NCBI GenBank assembly: GCA_045638445.1
Contig: JAZUBJ010000106.1
Span: 1 to 40,045 of the forward strand
Source: Bacilli bacterium
GTDB taxonomy: Bacteria; Bacillota_I; Bacilli_A; RF39; UBA660
Direction: 5' to 3'
DNA length: 40,045 nucleotides
The position numbers and the translations under genes were made by a program. Positions 33,198 to 39,525 of the stretch are shown piece by piece; the stretch's first letter is position 1, and each line of letters opens with the position of its first letter. Under the pieces are notes generated by a model. That model was given only the letters and a program-made list of their open reading frames with translations, had not been told where the DNA came from and ran no database searches.

Positions 33198-33635
33198 ATG
33201 TATAATAACCCATATTATAACCCAAATCAAAGGTATCAACCGATGGGAATGCCAAGTCAACCCATGACAACACAACCTAGTTATATAACACCAATAACAC
33301 CGCCTATAAGTCAACCAAATTTATTAGGTAAGGTAGTGGATAGTATTGATGTAGTAAAAGCTATGGACATTCCTTTAGATGGCAGTATAAGTTATTTCCC
33401 ACTAACAGATGGAACTGCAATTGTTAGTAAGCAGTTACAAACAGACGGAACTAGTAAAACTGTTATTTACAAACCAATAAAAGAAGATACTAACGATAAT
33501 AACAAATTCGTGACTTTTGAAGATATGCAAAAAGAACTTGCAAAAATAGATTTATCTGATTTAGATGATTTGAAAGATGAATTAAAGGAAATTAAAAAGC
33601 AATTGAAAACAATAAAAAAACCGAAGGAGGATTAA
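33198..33635 (+). CDS. Protein with a P/Q/N/Y-rich low-complexity N-terminus (145 aa)
   Basis: MYNNPYYNPNQRYQPMGMPSQPMTTQPSYITPITPPISQP, then a globular part and a charged coiled-coil tail. Confidence 0.6.
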   Translation: MYNNPYYNPNQRYQPMGMPSQPMTTQPSYITPITPPISQPNLLGKVVDSIDVVKAMDIPLDGSISYFPLTDGTAIVSKQLQTDGTSKTVIYKPIKEDTNDNNKFVTFEDMQKELAKIDLSDLDDLKDELKEIKKQLKTIKKPKED

Positions 33636-33636
33636 A

Positions 33637-33876
33637 ATGAATAATCCGTTGCAAATGATTAAAATGATGATGAGCAACACCAAAAATCCACAAGAAATAG
33701 CTATGAATATGATAGGTAATAATAATAATCCAGTTATACAAAACCTCGTCAAAATGGCTCAAAATGGTGACTATAAAGGTGTAGAAAATGTTGCTAGAAA
33801 TATGTTTAAAGAACAAGGTAGAGATTTTGATGCAGAATTGAAAGATTTACAAAGTTTTATAGGTAATTTTAAATAA
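33637..33876 (+). CDS. Small Met/Asn-rich helical protein (79 aa)
   Basis: Coupled ORF (TAAAATG junction). No motif recognised. Confidence 0.6.
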   Translation: MNNPLQMIKMMMSNTKNPQEIAMNMIGNNNNPVIQNLVKMAQNGDYKGVENVARNMFKEQGRDFDAELKDLQSFIGNFK

Positions 33877-33882
33877 GAATAA

Positions 33883-33927
33883 AAAGTCCGGTTATAAGTG
33901 TAAAACGTCCGGACAGAACCGGACTTT
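33883..33927 (+). promoter_or_regulatory. GC-rich three-element hairpin with mutually exclusive pairings
   Basis: aaagtccggtt (A) and aaccggacttt (C) form a perfect 11-bp stem. The loop contains the palindrome gtccggac (B), which can pair with either A or C. Confidence 0.5.
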
Positions 33928-33951
33928 CTATTATAAATTAAAAAAGGAGGA

Positions 33952-34827
33952 ATGAAAATGGAAGGAATGTTAAGCCCTGCTGATGTAGCTGTCCTATCTG
34001 GAAATGCTGGTGGAAATAGACAAGGTGGACAAGGTGGTTTCGGAGACGGATATGGTGCATGGTGGATCATCATCTTAATAGTATTATTAGGATGGGGTAG
34101 AAACGGCTTCGGTGGAAACCAAGGAGGAAACTCTGATGGTGGACAAGGAGCAACATATTACTATGGAGGAGGTTTTGGTATGCCAAATATCTATGGTAAG
34201 TTAGACGGAATTAGTTATGGTATAGCAGATTCTACTTTCGCTTTAAACAATTCAATTACAAATGGATTTGCTGGTGTTCAACAAACATTATGTCAAGGAT
34301 TTAGTGGTGTAAATAATGCTATAACAGTTAATGGCTATGAAACAAGAAGTGCTGTTACTGATTTAGGTTACAGACTACAAGATTGTTGCTGTCAAACACA
34401 AAGAGCAATTGATAAATGTTGCTGTGATACTTTAAGAAGTATTGACAATGTAAGATTTGAAAACGCTCAAAATACTTGTGCTTTAACAAATGTTATAAAT
34501 AGCACTACAAGAGATATTTTAGAAAGCAATAACAATAATACAAGGGCAATTTTAGATTTCTTAACTAAAGATAAAATTGATACTTTACAAGCAGAAAATC
34601 AAGCTCTTAGATTCCAAGCTTCACAAACTGCTCAAAATGCTTTCATTACTGCTAACCAAGACGCTCAAACTGCTGAGTTAATCAGAAGATTAGGAGCAGA
34701 TTGCCCACAACCTGCTTACCTTGTAAATGGACCTACACCAATTAGTTTCCCAACTAATGGATGTGGACAAGTTCAGTTTTCAAACAATGGTTGCGGATGC
34801 GGATGCAATAATGGATATAATTTTTAA
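33952..34827 (+). CDS. Gly-rich, membrane-anchored, Cys-rich protein with CCC repeats (291 aa)
   Basis: Gly/Gln/Asn-rich N-terminus flanking the TM segment AWWIIILIVLLGW. Tandem DCCCQTQRAID / KCCCDTLRSID, a Gln-rich coiled coil, and C-terminal GCGCGCNNGYNF. 13 Cys in total. Confidence 0.7.
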   Translation: MKMEGMLSPADVAVLSGNAGGNRQGGQGGFGDGYGAWWIIILIVLLGWGRNGFGGNQGGNSDGGQGATYYYGGGFGMPNIYGKLDGISYGIADSTFALNNSITNGFAGVQQTLCQGFSGVNNAITVNGYETRSAVTDLGYRLQDCCCQTQRAIDKCCCDTLRSIDNVRFENAQNTCALTNVINSTTRDILESNNNNTRAILDFLTKDKIDTLQAENQALRFQASQTAQNAFITANQDAQTAELIRRLGADCPQPAYLVNGPTPISFPTNGCGQVQFSNNGCGCGCNNGYNF

Positions 34828-34880
34828 TAAGTGAGATGTCTAACTGACAACCCTGATAACAGGGACTTGCTAATTTAACG

Positions 34881-34914
34881 GAGGTATAGCAAGTCTATAC
34901 CTCTTTATTTATTT
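34881..34914 (+). terminator. Rho-independent terminator
   Basis: gaggtata / tatacctc 8-bp stem with a 7-nt loop and a T-rich tail. A second small hairpin ccctg-ataa-caggg lies at 34851-34864. Confidence 0.65.
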
Positions 34915-34934
34915 AAGAAAGGAATGATAATTAA

Positions 34935-35393
34935 ATGATTCAAAGTGTATTAGAACAATTTACAATTCTTACTAGTAATACATCTGCTATTAATTTTACT
35001 CAAGATGATGTAAGAAGTAGAAAAGCTAATTGTTGCGGATGGTTACAACATAACGAAGGTTCACCAATTTATAAAATATTAGAAGGTGGATTATATGAAG
35101 TTTCTTTTAATGCCAATGTTTCAAGTGCTACTGCTGGAGTAGTTGCTTTAGGTTTATACCAAGATGGTGTGTTAATACCCGGAACAACTGTTATAACTAC
35201 AATAGCAACTGCTGGTGATTTTATGAATGTATCTTTTGATAAATTAATACAAGTATGTTGTAGAGGAGATGCTAATTTAACTATAGCATCAGTACCTAGT
35301 GTTTTAACAGGAACAACTGCACCGGGAACTCCAACAGATACAGAAATTCCTATAATTCAAAATGCTAACTTCTCAATAATTAAGAAATCGTAG
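34935..35393 (+). CDS. C1q/TNF-like (BclA C-terminal domain-like) beta-sandwich protein with two vicinal Cys pairs
   Basis: 152 aa. The pattern GGLYEVSFNANVSSATAGVVALGLYQDGVLIPGT ... NLTIASV ... NANFSIIK resembles BclA-C/C1q jelly-roll domains. Confidence 0.45.
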   Translation: MIQSVLEQFTILTSNTSAINFTQDDVRSRKANCCGWLQHNEGSPIYKILEGGLYEVSFNANVSSATAGVVALGLYQDGVLIPGTTVITTIATAGDFMNVSFDKLIQVCCRGDANLTIASVPSVLTGTTAPGTPTDTEIPIIQNANFSIIKKS

Positions 35394-35402
35394 GTGTGAA
35401 TT

Positions 35403-35960
35403 ATGGAAGAAGAAAAAAAAGATAAGGAAATATTAGAAAAGTTAAAAGAAGAAACTGACAAATCTATGAAACGTGTTTTGGAACAAGGAGTACAAACAAA
35501 CAATGTTGATTTTCTTTATAAAATGATAGATATAAAGAAAGATATAGCAGAAATTGAAAAGGAGGAAGAAGATATGATGTATAGAGCAGGAGGTTCATAC
35601 AGAGAAGGTGGTTCAGGTCGTGGCTCTTATGGTGAATACGGAGAAGGTTCTTACGGAAGAAGAGGAGTACCCGGAAGTGGTAGAGGAAGATACAGCGAAG
35701 GCGGTTCTTATGGACGTAGAGGTGTAAAAGGAACTGGTAGAGGTCGTTATCGTGGAGAAGAAATGATGGACGAAATGGCTTATCACTATGGAAATTACTC
35801 TGAAAGTGGACAATATGGAGCTGAAGGAGAATCAATGGAAGCTCTAAGCAACTTAATGGAAAGTGCATACGAGTATTTTAAGGAATTAAAAGAAAATGCT
35901 AATTCACCAGAAGAAATTAAAATGATGGAACACTATTTTAAAAAAATGGGCGAAATGTAA
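35403..35960 (+). CDS. RGG/GSY-repeat protein flanked by acidic helical domains (185 aa)
   Basis: The central region GGSYREGGSGRGSYGEYGEGSYGRRGVPGSGRGRYSEGGSYGRRGVKGTGRGRYRGEE includes a 19-aa tandem duplication. Confidence 0.6.
   Translation: MEEEKKDKEILEKLKEETDKSMKRVLEQGVQTNNVDFLYKMIDIKKDIAEIEKEEEDMMYRAGGSYREGGSGRGSYGEYGEGSYGRRGVPGSGRGRYSEGGSYGRRGVKGTGRGRYRGEEMMDEMAYHYGNYSESGQYGAEGESMEALSNLMESAYEYFKELKENANSPEEIKMMEHYFKKMGEM
35646..35759 (+). repeat. 2 x 57-nt in-frame tandem repeat encoding GSYGRRGV(P/K)G(S/T)GRGRY...
   Basis: Units at 35646-35702 and 35703-35759. The Arg codons differ between units (AGA vs CGT), so the repeat is conserved mainly at the protein level. Confidence 0.8.
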
Positions 35961-36316
35961 TGTATAAATTCTATAATGCAAATGCTCGTGGTAAATTCCA
36001 CAATGATTGCACAGTCAGGGCAATTTCACTAGCCGAAGGTAAATCGTGGGATGATACTTATAGAGAATTAAGCATAATAGCACAACGTAATGGAATAATA
36101 CTTGACGATGTTAATTTTATCGAGCCATTATTAGATAGTAGGTATGATAGAATATGCTATAAAGGAAAATATGTGGGCGAGTTCGCAGAAGAACACCCAG
36201 AGGGAACGTACCTTATAACGATGAACGGGCATATTACTTGTTGTATTGATGGGACGATATACGATACATTTGATTGTAGAAACAGAGAAATGTGGTGTGC
36301 TTGGGAGGTTTATTAA
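35960..36316 (+). CDS. Small Cys-His protein, possible papain-fold peptidase/amidase (118 aa)
   Basis: An N-terminal NDCTVRAISLA (candidate nucleophile Cys) and a C-terminal NGHITCCIDGTIYDTFD (candidate His/Asp) have the order and spacing of small papain-like enzymes. Confidence 0.35.
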   Translation: MYKFYNANARGKFHNDCTVRAISLAEGKSWDDTYRELSIIAQRNGIILDDVNFIEPLLDSRYDRICYKGKYVGEFAEEHPEGTYLITMNGHITCCIDGTIYDTFDCRNREMWCAWEVY

Positions 36317-36327
36317 CCTCTCTTAAC

Positions 36328-36402
36328 GGGAGTATAGCCAAGTGGATAAGGCAAGTGACTGCAACTCACTTATCGTAGGTTCAAATCCTATTACTCCCTC
36401 CA
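36328..36402 (+). tRNA. tRNA-Cys(GCA): tRNA-Cys (anticodon GCA) with encoded CCA
   Basis: Manual cloverleaf: 7-bp acceptor gggagta/tactccc, D loop with GG, anticodon stem agtga/tcact with loop CTGCAAC, and T arm gtagg-TTCAAAT-cctat. The U73 discriminator is the CysRS identity element, and a 3' CCA is encoded. Confidence 0.85.
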
Positions 36403-36455
36403 ATTTTGATTTTTATAAAATATATGATATAATTTTCTAAGAGAGGATTGATTAT

Positions 36456-36779
36456 ATGAAGAATTATAAAGTTACTGCAATAATAAATTTCACATATACT
36501 GCTTTTGATGAAGTTGTATTTATAGAAAAAGAAAAATATAATTACCATTGGATCTATAAAGGTGATGTTTTCTTATGTGATAAAGACCAATATGAATATT
36601 TAAGTGGAAATAATAAAAAGAAATTAGTTACGATTAAATTAGATGGAATATTGGTTGAAGAAGAACAACAAGAAGTTGTAATTGACCAATCAAATGAAAT
36701 TGATGTAGAAATAAATAAAGAAGATTTAGAAGTTAAACCTAAAAAGAAAAGAGCAACTAAAAAATCAAGCAAGGAATAA
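36456..36779 (+). CDS. Hypothetical protein with a Lys-rich tail (107 aa)
   Basis: ORF with GAGAGGA RBS, flanked by the tRNA and the tRNA-like element. Confidence 0.55.
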   Translation: MKNYKVTAIINFTYTAFDEVVFIEKEKYNYHWIYKGDVFLCDKDQYEYLSGNNKKKLVTIKLDGILVEEEQQEVVIDQSNEIDVEINKEDLEVKPKKKRATKKSSKE

Positions 36780-36792
36780 CTTGCTTTTACTT

Positions 36793-36866
36793 AGGGATAA
36801 GGCGAAAGTTGCCGACAAATCTCCAAAATTTGTGTCGAGTGGGAGCGTTACCTACTATCCCTGCCA
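36793..36866 (+). tRNA. tRNA-like cloverleaf, possibly a degenerate or non-canonical tRNA-Trp (anticodon CCA)
   Basis: 7-bp acceptor agggata/tatccct, G73 and a 3' CCA; anticodon stem caaat/atttg with loop CTCCAAA; T stem gtggg/cctac. However, the T loop is AGCGTTA rather than TTCRANN, the D loop is only 5 nt with no GG, and the spacer lengths are irregular. Confidence 0.4.
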
Positions 36867-36887
36867 TTAGTAAATAAAAAGTGCTTT

Positions 36888-36915
36888 TTGCATTTTTTTT
36901 ATTTTGTGTTATAAT
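36888..36915 (+). promoter_or_regulatory. Promoter of the scaffold/capsid operon (TTGCAT-16-TGtTATAAT)
   Basis: Good -35 and an extended -10, located 85 nt upstream of the scaffold start. Confidence 0.55.
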
Positions 36916-36923
36916 ATATTTAT

Positions 36924-36941
36924 AAAGTTCAACAGAACTTT
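36924..36941 (+). promoter_or_regulatory. Inverted repeat AAAGTTC-N4-GAACTTT just downstream of the -10 (operator or 5' UTR hairpin)
   Basis: Perfect 7-bp arms with a 4-nt spacer, starting 9 nt after TATAAT. Confidence 0.35.
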
Positions 36942-36999
36942 CAATATTGATTCACTCGAGTTCGTGGCTCGTAAAATTAACGATAGGAGGAGATATTAA

Positions 37000-37476
37000 A
37001 TGAGAGAATTTTTAAAGAGTTTAGAATTAGAAAAAGAAACTATTGATGTTATTATGAAAGAACATGGAAAAATTTTAACTGAAAACAAAGGTGAAATACA
37101 AGGTTTGAAAGATAAAATTAAAGAACATGAAGAAACAATAACAAAATTAAATGGTACTATTGAAGATAATAATAAATCTTTAGAAAGTCTACAAACACTA
37201 ACAAACGAGAATAAAGACTTAAAAGCAGAAATTCAAATGAATGGAAGCAATGTTAAAAAAGAATTTAGTAAATTTGTTAGAAGCGAAGTTATGGCAAATG
37301 TAAATGATGAAACAGATTTTACAACAGCCCTTGAAACTTACAAAAAAGATAATCCACAATACTTTGGAGATGTAGTAGTTAAAAAAGTGCAATCATCACC
37401 AAGTTTAAACGGTGGAGAACCACAACCACAAACAACAAATAATATTATGAATGATATTATTCGTGGTACAAAATAA
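37000..37476 (+). CDS. Capsid scaffolding protein (GP20-like coiled coil)
   Basis: 158 aa, highly charged coiled coil, directly upstream of the major capsid gene, with a strong AGGAGGAG RBS. Confidence 0.75.
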   Translation: MREFLKSLELEKETIDVIMKEHGKILTENKGEIQGLKDKIKEHEETITKLNGTIEDNNKSLESLQTLTNENKDLKAEIQMNGSNVKKEFSKFVRSEVMANVNDETDFTTALETYKKDNPQYFGDVVVKKVQSSPSLNGGEPQPQTTNNIMNDIIRGTK

Positions 37477-37500
37477 TTAAATAAAAGGAGAGAAGAAAAA

Positions 37501-38409
37501 ATGGCACAAATCACAAGAACTGATGTAGATGCTCTAATTGAAACTCAAGTAGCTAATGAGATATTTGAGGGAGTAACTACTGAATCAAAAGCTTTATCAA
37601 TGTTTAGAAGATTACCAAACATGACATCTGATAAAACTAAATTAAGAGTTTTAGACTCACTACCAATTGCTTATTTCGTTGATGAATCAAATAACAACGG
37701 AAGAAAAAATCTTACAAAGATGGCTTGGGCAAACAAGTACATCAATGCAGCTGAATTAGCAGTTATCGTTCCTATTAAGGAAAACGTATTAAACGATGCT
37801 TCTATTGACATCTGGGCTGAAGTTAGACCTAGAATTGTTGAAGCATTTGCTAAGAAAATCGACAACGCTGTATTCAATGGTGTTGACAAACCTGCTGATT
37901 GGAGAAAAGGTTTAATACCATCAATCGTTGAAGCTGGTAAAGAAGTTCCTGAAAGTGGAAAATTATATTCTGATATCAACGATGTTATGACTGAAGTTGA
38001 AGAAAGCGGATATAATGTTACTGCTCTATTAGGTGGAGTTGGACTTAAAGGAAAATTCCGTATGATGACTGACGAAACTGGTCAACCATTAAATACAACT
38101 GAAATTGGTTCTTTAAGAAGAGAATACCTAGACAATGGTGCTTGGGATAAAGAATTATCAACATTAATCGCTGGTGATTTCAATCAAGCAGTTTACTCTA
38201 TAAGACAAGACGTTACTTATAAAGTATTAACAGAAGCTGTTATCCAAGACCCATCAAGTGGAGAAATCTTATATAACTTAGCACAAGATGACATGGTTGC
38301 ATTACGTGTTGTTATGAGATTAGGTTGGGAAATTCCAAACCCAGTTAACGCATTAGACGAAACTGAAACAAGATTCCCATTCGCATCTTTAAAACCAACA
38401 AATGTATAA
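37501..38409 (+). CDS. Major capsid protein (HK97-fold type)
   Basis: 302 aa following the scaffold, with a strong RBS and highly expressed-looking codon usage. The position is typical. Confidence 0.85.
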   Translation: MAQITRTDVDALIETQVANEIFEGVTTESKALSMFRRLPNMTSDKTKLRVLDSLPIAYFVDESNNNGRKNLTKMAWANKYINAAELAVIVPIKENVLNDASIDIWAEVRPRIVEAFAKKIDNAVFNGVDKPADWRKGLIPSIVEAGKEVPESGKLYSDINDVMTEVEESGYNVTALLGGVGLKGKFRMMTDETGQPLNTTEIGSLRREYLDNGAWDKELSTLIAGDFNQAVYSIRQDVTYKVLTEAVIQDPSSGEILYNLAQDDMVALRVVMRLGWEIPNPVNALDETETRFPFASLKPTNV

Positions 38410-38429
38410 TTTAGAAAAGGAGGGCGTTT

Positions 38430-38831
38430 ATGGATTTTAGTGGACAATACCTGACTTATAACGAATATAAGGTACTAGGTGGAAACCTAGACATAACGCC
38501 TTTTAATCTATTAGAATATGAAGCTAGAAGAAAAATTGATGAAAGAACATTTGGAAGATTAAAAGGAATAGAGAATATTCCAACAGAAGTAAAAATGTGT
38601 GTGTATGCTTTAATAAATACTTTGAATAGTTATAGCATAGATTCAACAAGTTCAAAAAATAAAAACATTACTAGTGAAAGTACAGATGGTTATTCAGTAA
38701 GTTATGCTAGTGGTAGCCAAGTACAAGAGATTGCAAAATCTAAAAGTTTAGAGTTGAATGATATAATTAGGACTTACTTGTTGAATGTTGTTGTTAATAA
38801 TGAACATATATTATATTTGGGAGTTAAGTAA
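38430..38831 (+). CDS. Head-tail connector/adaptor protein
   Basis: 133 aa, the first of four small coupled genes between the capsid and tail tube genes. Confidence 0.55.
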   Translation: MDFSGQYLTYNEYKVLGGNLDITPFNLLEYEARRKIDERTFGRLKGIENIPTEVKMCVYALINTLNSYSIDSTSSKNKNITSESTDGYSVSYASGSQVQEIAKSKSLELNDIIRTYLLNVVVNNEHILYLGVK

Positions 38832-39181
38832 TGATAACAAATACTAGTTTAACTATTTACCATAAAGTATTTGACGAAGCTACAAGATTAGAAAAGTGGG
38901 TAAGATATAATTACGATAAAGTGTGGTTCTTTGGTGGTAAAGGGGCTGGAATTAATAAAGGATACCATAATGCAAATGATTTTGATAGTAGAATATGGTA
39001 TAAACTTAATGCTAATTTAAATATTAAAAATTTTGCAATAGGCGATATTGTTATACCAGAAAATATCACTTGTGATATAACCACACAACAAGACCTATCA
39101 ACGTATGAAATTTATAATATAACAAGCATTAATAATAATAACTTTGGTAATAATGCTCATATACATATTGGCGGTAAGTAA
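38831..39181 (+). CDS. Head closure / head-tail joining protein
   Basis: 116 aa, ATGA-coupled. Called from its position in the head-tail joining block. Confidence 0.5.
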   Translation: MITNTSLTIYHKVFDEATRLEKWVRYNYDKVWFFGGKGAGINKGYHNANDFDSRIWYKLNANLNIKNFAIGDIVIPENITCDITTQQDLSTYEIYNITSINNNNFGNNAHIHIGGK

Positions 39182-39525
39182 TGCCAGTTAAACTAAAACC
39201 AACAAGTCAGATTAAAGCAAGATTGGGCATTCAACCTAATGGGCGAGTGCAAAAATTCTTTACTAATACTTGTTATAAGCACATGGATAAGTATGTTCCA
39301 ATGCGTGAAGGTAATTTAAGAACTAATGTAGATGTTCAATCAGATAGTATCACTTATGAATCACCTTATGCACGTTATCAATATCACGGTATGCGTGAAG
39401 ATGGTAGTAGAACAGTTAGAAATTACACAACACCGGGAACTGGATCATATTGGGATAAAAGAATGGTTAGTGCTGAAATGCAAGATGTAGTTAAAGAAGT
39501 GCAAGATTATATTGGAGGTAAATAA
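39181..39525 (+). CDS. HK97 gp10-like head-tail joining protein
   Basis: 114 aa. The SPYARYQYHG motif resembles the aPYAxxxExG motif of the gp10 family. Confidence 0.55.
   Translation: MPVKLKPTSQIKARLGIQPNGRVQKFFTNTCYKHMDKYVPMREGNLRTNVDVQSDSITYESPYARYQYHGMREDGSRTVRNYTTPGTGSYWDKRMVSAEMQDVVKEVQDYIGGK

Larger units (their letters stand above)
29807..36999 (+). other. Accessory gene island interrupting the head morphogenesis module
   Basis: About 17 ORFs, several autonomous promoters and terminators, and tRNA genes, between the minor head protein gene and the scaffold gene. No recognisable virion functions. Confidence 0.6.

Noticed and set aside
33771-34073. Minus-strand ORFs in the supplied track, for example 33771-34073, 35464-35868, 35613-35813, 16098-16469, 12565-12807, 13035-13259, 27260-27610 and 37671-37979
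   Set aside because: Every one overlaps a better-supported + strand gene or promoter region. They lack RBS motifs and translate to low-complexity Phe/Leu/Ile/Ser-rich strings, as expected from the antisense of AT-rich coding DNA. The 100-aa ORF at 33771-34073 is simply the antisense of the Gly-rich coding region.
36867-36900. Possible terminator after the tRNA-like element (aaaaagtgctttttgcattttttttt)
   Set aside because: Only a 3-bp GC core (tgc/gca) with a mismatch is present. The T run alone is insufficient, and the region also supplies the -35 of the capsid promoter.
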